A stretch of DNA of 63,548 bases, counting the filler, from Perkinsus chesapeaki ATCC PRA-425 (taxonomy: Eukaryota > Protista > Perkinsozoa): NCBI GenBank assembly GCA_013115145.1. It is 10 parts of 10 records of this genome, joined end to end, with 100 filler letters (N's around TTAATTAATTAA, not from the genome) between each part and the next. Parts side by side here need not be neighbours in the genome. Positions count along the whole stretch, not along the records: positions 19,302 to 43,056 come from JAAPAO010000560.1; 9 more parts are not named here. One strand, written 5' to 3'. Under the pieces are notes generated by a model. The model worked only from the letters and a program-made list of their open reading frames with translations. It had not been told where the DNA came from and made no database searches. Positions 23,138 through 35,260 of this stretch are shown in pieces. Position numbers and translations under genes: made by a program. Position 1 is the stretch's first letter, and the number at the start of each line of letters is the position of its first letter.

Positions 23138-25281
23138 AGACGGCGACGTAAATGGTAATAATATAAGTAGTATATCAATAACTAATGATAATATTGTATT
23201 ATTATCATCATCATCATTGGAGAGGAGAATGTTCCTGTAATAATAATTTATATAATCATTATATCCTCCTCCTCATTATTATTATTAATAGGTTTTTTGC
23301 CATGGCGCAGTTCCTACAGATTGGAGCTTATTGGTTGATAAGGCCTGTTAAATCTGGTATATTTGCTAGATTAGTTGGCGCAGATGAAGAAGCTTTGGTG
23401 AGGATTATTCTAACACCTGTAATAATAATAATAATAACAGCGGTGGTGGTGGTGATATTATTACTATATTAGATGTTATTTATACTGCTTGTTGGTTATA
23501 ATGTATTAGTTCAAAGTATGTTATTGCATAAGGATGATGATGATGATGCTGTTGGTAGTAATAAATCATCATCTAAATTGGTTGGTTTATTAGCTACACC
23601 ATTTGCATTATTATTTATTATTGGATGGTTTTGGATGGCAATAATTGGTATAGATAATACACCATCTATATTAGGTTGGATATTAGCATTAGCATCTGAA
23701 TCAATGTGTCCAATATTAGTAACATTAAATTGGTCAATAATATCAGATGCAGCTAAAGATTATACCTCAACAGTTGCCTCATCAGCATTTCCAATAATAA
23801 CTATGGCATGCCAATTAGGTTGTTTATTGGGTAGTTGTATAACTAATTATTTAGCTAAGAAAGCTAAAGGTATCGGTAGTATTGGGGAAGATGTTGGTGA
23901 AACGACATTATTACCAGTATTACTATGTGGTATATCATTACTAGGAGTATGGGCTTGTATGAGCAAAGCTAATATATGCCATAATAATGATATAAAAGCA
24001 AGAAGAAAGAAGGTAGCAGCAGCAGTAGTGAAAACAACAAATAATGTAATAGTAGATGGGAATAATAATGACTGGGTATTAGAATATAATAGTAATAATA
24101 AAAATAGATTGGGTTTAATGGAGGTTAATAATAATAACAAGAATAATAATAATAATAAGTTGAAGGTTGTATGGATGTTTAATAATACGGATGTCATAAA
24201 AGGATCAATTAGAGGATTATTATATATAATATCATCATTATATGTATTCTCTATATTTATTGTATCAACTGCATATGAATATTTTGATACTGCATTTGAT
24301 TTACAATTAAAACAATTATTTACTAAACAAGCTAATATAGATTGTAAAGATACTTCATTTTATTGGAAATGGAGAGATGAAGAGTTAGTTGATGAATGTC
24401 GGCATACACACTTCTTAGCAAGTTATTCACGTAACTCACTTAATGTTGCATTATTATCAACAGTATTAGCCATTACTAGTGCTATATTACAACAATATAA
24501 TAATAACAAGAAGAACAAGAAGGTTGAGGATAGTGAATTGTCTGATAATAGTAAAACTAGTAATAATGAGAACAATTTGAAGAGTAAGATTAAGATGATA
24601 ATATCGTCATGGTCACCATCATCATTATTTGGTCCAACTTGGGCATTAATTATATATCCAATAGTAGTTGGTTTATGTTTTTGGGGTGTATCAATAACAA
24701 CGACATTAACATCTTCTGATGATGCTGATGAATTAGGAGTCTCATCATGGTTATGGAATATATCAAAATTAGGTAGAGAAACTATTGCAGTACAAATATC
24801 AGTTATGGCTGTTAAAGCATTTGGTTACACACTTAATAATCCAGCTAAAGAAATGTTATATTTACATACATCACAAGAAGTCAGATATCAATCTAAATCA
24901 TGGATAGGTAGTAGTAATAATAATACTACTGTATACAATTGTTGTTATTATTATTCAGATATATGGTGCCCTAAGATATGGTCATCACTAGCAGCTATGG
25001 TATGTTATCAATTTATTAATAACAACAGCAATGATAGTACATTTATAGTAGATGATGATGAAGGTGGTGGTGGTGGACTTAGATATAAATTATTGAAAGC
25101 AACATTAAAAGGTATTATTAATATGGGTATGATAGCTTTAGTTGGTATTATTGTACTTGGTATATGGTTATTAGCATCTCTATATGCAATAAAGGAATTT
25201 AATAATAGAGAAAAAGAATTAATAAAAGAAGATAATAATAAAGAAAATGATGACGACGATAACAACGACAGCAACAAGTGA
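23094..25281 (+). CDS. TLC/NTT-family ATP/ADP or nucleotide transporter, bacterial-type
   Basis: AYWLIRPVKSGIF, LNWSIISDA...AFPIIT...QLGCLLGS, KAFGYTLNNPAKEMLYLHTSQEVRYQSKSWI|D match NTT motifs; about 10-12 hydrophobic segments. Confidence 0.75.
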
Positions 25282-25425
25282 GTGGCAGTAGTAGTGGTCG
25301 TAGTAGTAGTTTCTATATAGTTTAACAACAACGATAATGAGAACCTATTGTGAACGTTTACTGTATGAATATTATTAATGTTGTTGAATTATAATAATTA
25401 ATAGTCCTTAGTATTACTTGTTATT

Positions 25426-28300
25426 ATGACATTATCATCACCTATTGGTTGTGATGATGGTATTGTTAACATATGTGGTAGAAAAAGAAGATATAATGAT
25501 GAATATGATGATCATGGTGATGAGGGTGATGTAATACAAGAATATGGATGGAGATCTTATCAAGATAAATATAGATATAGGGGGACTAGGTAATAATACA
25601 GCATTTACCCCTCATGTTTCCGACTCACGCATTCTTATATCCGACCGATTCATGCAACTTGATTATCCGACCATCATTCAAATATCCAATACACCATTTT
25701 CATTAAAAAGAGGAAAATCACTCAAGCAAGCCACAAACGTGCTGGCCCATAGAGCGAGCTTCGGCGGGGGCGGCTCGTAGTGTGAGCTTAACACGTNNNN
25801 NNNNNNNNNNNNNNNNNNNNNNNNNNNNNNNNNNNNNNNNNNNNNNNNNNNNNNNNNNNNNNNNNNNNNNNNNNNNNNNNNNNNNNNNNNNNNNNCGGCT
25901 ACCGTCGGTTCGGCGGAGGCGGCGGCTCGTAGTGTGAGCTTAACACGCGGCTACCGTCGGTTCGGCGGAGGCGGCGGCTCGTAGTGTGAGCTTAACACGC
26001 GGCTACCGTCGGTTCGGCGGCGCTTTATTGTGCGGTAGTCTTTTTTTGCTAAACTGCATGCACTGTGACTCTATGCCACAGTCACGGAGCATGCTGCTGC
26101 TGCTCTGGTAAGTATGGTGCAGGAAAAGCTACTCTTGTGTAACACAAGTAGTTATGTTGCTTGGATAATTGATGCATGAATCGGTCGGATATAAGAGTGT
26201 GCGAGTCTTTGGAAAGATGAGCGGTAAATGGTGTGGCCTAGTTATTATTGAATAATATACTATTATTAGATGGGATATATTAACTAAACAACTTGATAAT
26301 GCATTTGATCATATGTGGAATAGAATTAATAATGATAAAATTAATGGTAATGATACTCATGCATATGTTTGTTTAGTATATGGGAATAGAGTAATAATAA
26401 TAATAGTTTTATTATTATTAATATATTGATTGATTATGTAGATTGATATTATTGGACAAGCTATTGCATGTGCTAATAGTATACATAATAATGGAAGTAT
26501 TTATGATGTTATATGTATGGTAACTGATGATGTATGTACTGAATATATTCAAATACTTAATATGGTATTTGATAATATTGTAATAATAATAATAATACTA
26601 ATACTACTATCACATTATAAGGTAAATGTACCTATTATATATGGTGCATCATCATTATATAAGAAAGATTGGTTTAAAGAAGTATTTACTAAATTACATA
26701 TATTCAATCGTAACGGTAATAATAATAATAGTTGTATATTATTATTGCTAATGTTTATTATGTTAATTATGTTGATTTATTATTATTAGTTTTACCATAT
26801 ACAAGTGTATTATTTATCGATTGTGATGTTTGTATAATTAAACCTATTGATGATATATTTAATTTAAGACCTCCCGCAGCTATGGAGAATAGTAAAGGAG
26901 GAAGTTCCTGGAATAATAATGAGTAATAATAACTAATACTTAGTAATATACTTGTTGTTGTTGTTGTTAGATTAACGCCATCACCACCACCATCATTCTG
27001 GTTAAAACATGGTGAACATATGAATGGTAGATGTTGGCTTATTAATGCTGGTGTTATATTAGCATCACCTGATAATGATATATTCCAATTATTATGGTAA
27101 TGATAATTAAACACTTCTTCTTCTTCTTCTTTTTATTATTACTACTGCTGATACTGTATATTCGATTAGTACTGATATAAGTATGCCACAAGAACATCAT
27201 TTAAAGGGTATGACACCTGAACAATATTATCTAGCTGGTATACTAGGACCGTAATAATAATAATATCCAACTAATACTACTACTTCAATATTAGTTATTT
27301 AAGCCATATTGATCAAAGCTTAAATTTTGAAATACAACTTCATGGCGGTGTACCAATTACCGATAAATGGAAAGAATTAAAGTAGTAATAATAATAATAG
27401 TTGATAATATTGAGTATATATTATTAACTTGTATAATGTTATGTTGATAATTATTATTAGTTATGATGATATAAGATTAATACATTTTTCTGGTGGTGAA
27501 ATACAGTCAGCGTTATATCCACAATCGTTTTTAGGTAGACAAGATAAATATTGGGCACGACAGGTATTATTTTATTATTAATATAATTATCATCAATTAC
27601 ATATATTTATTATTCAGGCATATGATAGATTATCATGGGATATTAAAGATTTATCATATAATAGAGCTCAAGCAGCATGGTGTGATTTTAATATTAATCT
27701 TGCAAATGCTATTAATATTATTAAAAATAATATTGGGTAATTATACTAATTATATCCTAGTAGTATATATTGAATGACAGGAATGATAGTAATATTGATG
27801 ATATTGATAATATGCTTAAGTATGCTCATCTTACTGCTCCCGCTGCTCCTGCTGCTGCTGAGGTAGGTTTATTTAATAATAACTATATATTCGTATTATA
27901 TAGATAATATATGATATTAGTGATAATGATGAATGGTATGCTATAGGTGATGATGATAATAGTAGTGATGATGATGATAATAATAATAATTGTAGTTAAT
28001 AAGTTAATATTATTAAGTTAATATTATTAATTTAGTATCACTGCTGGATCCTATTCAAGTTCATATTGGATCATCATATCAAGATGATGATGGTGAAGAA
28101 TGGATATTAGTTAAAATAATACCAGAGGATGATTACACTTGCATATTTGTTAGTAGTAACAACCAATTTAATAATAACAAATATGGACGTCGAAGGTAGT
28201 AATAACAACAACAGCAGCAGCATTAGATAATAATCATCTAATAATTAGATATTATTATCAAACAAGTTTATCAGAAGCTAAATCATTATTATGTTTCTAA
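25426..28300 (+). CDS. Glycosyltransferase family 8 (glycogenin/galactinol synthase-like)
   Basis: HAYVCLVYG, VFTKLHIFN, YTSVLFIDCD (DxD), LINAGV, IHFSG across about 11 exons; start approximate. Confidence 0.85.
25756..26020 (+). repeat. 52-bp tandem repeat (minisatellite), copy number unresolved
   Basis: Unit CGGCTACCGTCGGTTCGGCGGAGGCGGCGGCTCGTAGTGTGAGCTTAACACG at 25896 and 25948, partial copies at 26000 and before the gap. Confidence 0.92.
25797..25895. other. Scaffold gap inside a collapsed tandem repeat
   Basis: N run without the TTAATTAATTAA core; the same 52-bp repeat unit lies on both sides. Confidence 0.9.
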
Positions 28301-28617
28301 TGTTAATTATTATTGTTTTGTTTTAAACACAAATTACTATTGGAGTAGTTTGAAACTTGTAGGAGTTAATGTTATTATTACATAGAGTAATAATAACTAA
28401 CTACCAAACAACAAGGGCGGCGGCAATGAACAATTGTATTATTATCATCAGTAACATAAGCTACTGAATAGTAGTAGCTTTATTATTAACTACTATAAAT
28501 GATAAGTCTAGAGAGTACAGGAATTACCATCATATATAGCAGTAGATAGCAGGAGTAGTAATTGTGTAGTAGTATTAGCATTGATTACGTTATTATTATG
28601 TTGTTATAATAATGATA

Positions 28618-29938
28618 TCAATGATAATATAATGGAATATCCGTATATCCATAGAAATAATTAACTATTGGTATATGTACAGCAGTTGCTGATATACCAA
28701 CCCATATTAATGTTAATGCATGATGTAAACCATTTGGCATAGCAGCAAAGAACCATCTCAATGTATTACTTAATGCTTGTCTATTATCATTCTTTCTTGT
28801 TCTTTTTGTTATTATTTTATTGTTCCATTTTAGAAATTGTTCAATACCACATACTAAATATTGAGATATAAAGAATATATTCCATGAATAGAATGTCTCA
28901 TATTTATTAACACCTGGTACAAATGCAGATAAAGGTACCCAATGGGCAGCACTTGATACAACAAATGTGGCAAATGATGATAAATTCTTTGAATATCCCA
29001 ATATATGATATAATGGATGATAAACATGACGATATAATACACGTTGGAAAGGTGTATTCCAAAGTCTCCAAAATGTAGTTACTTGATTAGCACCCCAGAA
29101 ATTCTGGCAAAATGGTTCTAGCTTATAACCAAATAGTTTAAATGCAAAGTCCATGCCCTCTGATATAGCTGTAAATAGACTAACATTAGCAAATCCCAAC
29201 AAACATGCAGATATACATTTAGATATTGGCATACCAAAATAAGGTGATAAACCAATAAGTATTGAAGGAACAAGATAATTATAAATGCTATAAGTGACAA
29301 TACTATGACCAAGACATTTAATAAATGATACATTATCAAATGTAAATACAGGAACACGTCCAGTACGTTTAGTTACACCTTGATAAGTCAACATATGTAT
29401 CTAAATATACATAATATATTACTAATGTATATTATTATTACTATTCTATCCATAGGATGTTTTTCAATATCAATTCCATCTGAGGTTTGTGTACTAGTAT
29501 CAGTTGCTGCTGGTGAATCTGCTGTTTTAATACCATCAAAAGCATAATCAACAAAACGCCATATTTCACAACAATAAAGATGAAAGAACATAAATATTCT
29601 TTCAGCAGTTGATAAGGCATCTACTGGTGCTATCCATGGTACCTAAATAGAGATTATACTTTAATATATATTTATATAATTATTATTACAAATAACAAAA
29701 GGAGTACGTATATGAATGATAATTTAGGATATCTAACTGATCCTAAAGTGACTATAATCAATTGTATATAAACACTAAGGAATGTTGGAGATATTAATGA
29801 TAATATTGATGTTGTATATAATGATAATAAAGACGTATTATCATCAATAACAGCATCAGTAACAGCAGAAGGAGCAGATTCCATAATATCACTGCTAGGT
29901 ACTTCTAATGCAGTCGATGATAGCATCAACAATAACAA
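28618..29938 (-). CDS. MBOAT-family O-acyltransferase 2
   Basis: EPFCQNFWGANQVTTFWRLWNTPFQRVLY, FVVSSAAHW; at least 3 exons; 5' end approximate. Confidence 0.85.
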
Positions 29939-30249
29939 CTAAGGATTCGATTACAACAACAACAACAAGCCATAGAAGGTAAGATTAATAGCAACGCAAC
30001 AGATAGCGCTCGCCATTCGAATCGATAATTGAGTTGCTACTGTTAACATGTATGTAGTTTAGCCCATCTAATAGTAGTAGCAGATGTACTATTATTATTA
30101 GTGATATTTTTATTATAATTATTATATAGATCTAACCAATTTAATTCATTATTATATGTATTATTAGGCATATTACTGAACATATTACTATCTAATAATA
30201 GAGATAAATAATACTAATATAATGTTATACCTATATCTTTTAATATTAT

Positions 30250-30900
30250 ATTCCTTTTCCCTTTATAGACCTTCATGTTATCGAATGGATTGACTTCATT
30301 CTTAGTCCACATTTGTGATGGTATAATATTAAATGTTATTGACATTATTATATTTGATGATAAGGTTTGTATTATCTGAATTATCATCAATAGAGATTCA
30401 GATAATATTAATAATCCTTATACTTCATTTATACTTATATTTATGACACTATTCCTTACTGGATCTTGTTCATTTATTAATTCCATATTATCGATAATCC
30501 TGATAATTATCATTATAATACTATTATTATACTGTCATTACATTAAATATTGTTCATGCTGCTCTTCGTAATATATATTATCACACTGTTTGTCGTCTAA
30601 TAGTGATTTATGATAATATATTCCCTTATTAGATAATTCATTGTATCGTAATGTACTAGTATTATTCATATAAACGTCTATTCTACTTATATTATATATA
30701 TTATTGAATGATAACCCAATAACAACAACATCATCAATATTATCAAAATCTTTTGAAGATAATATTGAAGGTAATTCTTCTTTATTAAACATAATATTAA
30801 TAGTATTATTATTGTTATTATTATTATTATTCATTATACTATAAACCATCTCATCCCAATGATAATAAGCTTCATCTGTTTCGTCCATGTTTATAAGCAT
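30250..30900 (-). CDS. Hypothetical Asn-rich protein (model uncertain)
   Basis: 120-aa open frame (MDETDEAYYHWDE...) and further exon-like segments; no family recognised. Confidence 0.3.
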
Positions 30901-30997
30901 ACCAAGATTGTTATATATTAATTAAATATTATTATAACACAATGTGAGTAAAGATTATTAAAAACATCATTATTATTATTAAAACAACAACATGTTA

Positions 30998-33900
30998 TTA
31001 TTTTTCTGTTAAAGCACGATATCCTTTCCAATCTAAAGGTGCTTTATTATTATATGATTCAATATATTCTAATAATGCTACACTTGGACCATCACCACCA
31101 TCATCTGCATTTAACATATCTTTAACTTCTTTTAATGCTTTATAAGCAACATCCCATTCACCAGCTTCATAATTACGATAGCCCATATCAAACTTCATTA
31201 AGAATTCTTTATTATATTTTTTACGTACTAATATAAGATCATCATCATTAATCCAGCTATGAGTAACTATATAATTCTCACTCCATTTGTTATTTTTTCT
31301 AACTTCTCGCATCCTTCTTAATTTAAATTTATTAATAGTTCTATTATGTATAATAATATTATTACTTGATTGTAATCCATAATCTGTAATATATTGTGAT
31401 ATATTTCTAGTACCACTACGAACAACAATACCACCAACATTAGCTAATACACCACTTTTACTATTTCCCTCCACACCTCCTTTTATTAATCCTTTAATTA
31501 TTCCTTGTTGTTGATGTTGGTCAGCAATATTTGTATTAGAATAAATAAGATTAGCTTTAACTGTTGCTAAATCATCATTATTATTATTATTATCGTAATT
31601 TAATGAATTACTCCATTCTGTTATAATATTATTAAAATTATTATCAAGTTGTATATTATCAGCCACATTTAATGCTTTATAATCAATATCAATAGTATAT
31701 AATCTAAATGGTACTTTAGATCCTTTAACAGTAATATGATCAATAACTCTACAATATTGTCTCATTTCTCTTGAACACATATTATTAATTAATGATTCAG
31801 ATGCTAATAATAATGTATTATACTGTCTATTAGCAGCACCTAATCTACTAGCCATATTAACATTTGGTGATAAATAACTAACATCAATTTTAAATTCAGA
31901 ACCAATAGCACCTTCTATAGCCCAACCATAATGTAAACCAAAGCCCATAGTAACTTTATAACCATTTTTAAATCTTTGTAATAAACCAGGATGATTCCTA
32001 TATTCTGATAATATTGGTGATTTATTAATAGCAATAATTATTTTAACAAAAGACATAATAGACATATCTCCTAACTTTTCTCTTTTATCTTTATTATATT
32101 CCTCAGATACCCTCCATACCATTAAAAATGCTTCCCCTAGATTTCTATTAGCAACACCATGATATTCATCAACAATACCATGTACAATCTCACCAATCTA
32201 AATAATAATAATAATACTATTAATAATAAATAATAATAATACTATTAATAATAAATAATAATAATACTATTACTTACTTGATTAACAAATACCATAATTT
32301 TATCTTGTAGTATCTCAGTAGCCATATTAAAATGTCTTATATCACAAAAACCAAATATAGCATTGATTCTTGTACCAGATATCATAGGATCAATAATACT
32401 ACCTCCTATTTTATTACCTTTCATATTTTCACCAATAACTTCAGTACCAGCTTCACCAAAACCAACAGCTAATAATCCACCAATTTTAATAATAGTTTTT
32501 TCTAATATAACTGTTTCTAATGGTTCACTAAATAATAATCATCATTAACAATAATTAATCAATATTATTATTATTACCCCCCACCTTTATCCATTCTAAT
32601 ATTCATTTTTCTTTTTATTCTCCATTTACTTATTGGATTATTAGCATTAACTAAATCTAATTTTAATTTCTCTCTTTCAGATGTTTCCCTTTTATACTCA
32701 TCATCACCTAATTTAGTTGCATATAAAGGATTCCTGAGTAGCAGCAGTATTGATAATAATAAATGATATATTTAAAAATAATACAGTCTAATTTTATCCA
32801 TTTTATTAGCCATTCTCTCTATTGGTCTTAATACCAAATCATTAGCATCTTTTGAAAAGAATAATGCTCCACCACCTACAATAAAATAATAATAATATAA
32901 TTCCTATACTTTCCTATACTTGCCTAATAAACAACATATAAATAATGTTTGTATTATATTAAGTATTGCTGATGCTTTTGTATATGATCTTTGATCCATT
33001 ATAATCTCAAAATAATAATATGGATTATCATCATGTATTAATGCTAGATATTTAACTCTTTCAGTAAATCTAATATCTTCTGGGCATTTAATAATATTAT
33101 CATCATTGATATATGATATTATTAAACCTTTAGTATTATCAACTATAGCTGTATCACATTCATTATCCCACGGTAATGATAACTTATTTAGTGAATCTAA
33201 AGGTATATTACCAGTATCTAAAAATATGATAATAATAATAATCATAATAATAATATAAATTATCAATATATTATTATTAGTACTCAAAATATATCCATCA
33301 ATATTATATAATGAATTAATTGTTATATAATCATCATCATTTGGTGTATGGTTATTAAATATAATATATGGTTCTGGATGACTAATAATAATAAATAATT
33401 ATTATCATTACTAGTTTAATAATATTGTTACTTGTAACATTCATCGTCATCATATAATGTATAATAGCTAATCCAAAAATAGAACTGATTATATCTGATT
33501 ATTATTATCATTATAATTATAGTATCAATAATATTATTACGATTTTCCTATACACATCATATTATCACCATTATTACATGCATCTTCTATTTTACTATAA
33601 CCGTTATGATAATACATAAAATTAAGTAACTCTCTTTCATAATTATACCTATTATCATTATATCCTATTATATCCTTATTATTACTACTACCTTGTTATA
33701 TTAACTATTAATGTATTATTAATAGAACCATTTCTTAATTTAATACACTTATCAATATATAAGCTATATGTACGATATATACTATTTATAGAATATCTAA
33801 TAATAATATTATTAATAACTAATAATTATCATTATTACTGTGGACTTGATGACATCTCCTCAAAATGTCCATTCAATTCAAATTGTGGTATGACAAATAA

Positions 33901-34960
33901 CATAGCTAATACTAATAATATAACCTAAATATAAACAATAATAATAGCTTATATAATAATAATACAACAACAACCGCGACCACCATCACCACCTTTCTTG
34001 TTGTTAATTCTGATAATTTTTTACCAACTCTACTTTCATCTCCGATACTGTTGTCTTCATCATCCTCTCCATTATTAATATTATTATCAATTGTTAATAT
34101 ATCCCCCAAACTCGTTCCTTTACTCTTTTTATTAATATCTATTTTGCTTTTAGTTTTACTTAATTTGATTTTATTATCTTCTTTTCTTTTCTTATTATCT
34201 AATGCCGCTTTATATAATTTAATAATCCTTAATAATCTTATTAATCTTATTATCCTTACAACCCTTCCTGCCCTGGTACCAGCTCTACTAGCTCTACCAG
34301 CTCTAGCTACACGTGCATCACTACTACTACCACCATTACCAAATAACACTTCGGCTACAAATGTTAAATCAAGTATTAATGATGATGTTGATAATGTATC
34401 CAAGAAGAAAAAGAATGACCATAAATAATCATCTTTACCAATACAACCAGCAGTAATCTAATAATGTATATATTTATATGTATTGAATATATAATACTAC
34501 CTCAATAATAAATATTATTAAACTTATTAATGTTAATATATTAAATGTTGTATCTGCTGATTGATTAGTTATACCTACTCTAATATCATCACCAAATAAT
34601 GCATATATTGTTAATAATGATGTTATTATCCTAATGATACATAATTACTATTAATAATATATATTATTATTACGAGAATATAGTATTATCAACTAATAAT
34701 CTACATTTTAATTTAATCTTATTTGTTAATGATGTCCTTTCTTTAAGATTAGCTATTAATTTTGTCTTATCATCAATAACTCTAATAATTAATAATAACT
34801 TATAATTAATAGTAGCTTACAATTTAGCATCTCTTCTTGTATTATCTATTATTCTATTAATACTACCGGTTACTCTGTTCTTTATTGATGTATCTTTATT
34901 TTGTATCTTTATTATTAATAATATATTTAATTATATTAATATTACCATTATCGGTAATAG
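30998..34960 (-). CDS. ACalpha: Adenylyl cyclase alpha: voltage-gated K+-channel-like domain fused to class III cyclase and TPR-like tail
   Basis: S1 LTIYALFGDDIRV; S4 ARAGRASRAGTRAGRVVRIIRLIRL; ESRVGKKLSELTTRKV; FSKDANDLVLRPIE; AIFGFCDIRHF; HYGWAIEGAIGSEFKIDVSYLSPNVNMASRL; WKGYRALTEK*. 5' end approximate. Confidence 0.92.
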
Positions 34961-35063
34961 ATTATCCCCCACTTGTAATTTACGACGCCCTATAGACGGT
35001 ATTGCTATATGATACTATTTTCAATAACAGGTTATAATAACCCTGGAAACAGAAGACGTTAAT

Positions 35064-35155
35064 TAAAGTAGTTCATTAACCTTTAATAAAGTAGTTCATT
35101 AACCTTTAATGAAGTAGTTTATTAACCTTTATTACAGTAGGTTATTAACCTTTAT
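35064..35155. repeat. 23-bp tandem repeat x4 in the divergent promoter of the two cyclase genes
   Basis: TAAAGTAGTTCATTAACCTTTAA at 35064 and 35087, diverged copies at 35110 and 35133. Confidence 0.9.
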
Positions 35156-35260
35156 TAAATTGGCGTCTCCCCGTCTCGTTAGTATTAATAAGATAGCAAG
35201 TTTATATTGTGCGACATTTCCATCTTTATATTATTATTTTCTTATTATCATAGTTCAATT

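Larger units (their letters stand above)
25590..26240. mobile_element. Non-autonomous foldback/MITE-like element in intron 1 of the GT8 gene
   Basis: ~70-bp imperfect inverted repeats at 25602-25670 and 26161-26230 with a perfect 24-bp core (25633-25656/26173-26196); GC-rich interior in an AT-rich host region. Confidence 0.75.

Noticed and set aside
25756-26020. 52-bp repeats as a CRISPR array
   Set aside because: Units are contiguous with no unique spacers, there are no cas genes, and the context is a eukaryotic intron.
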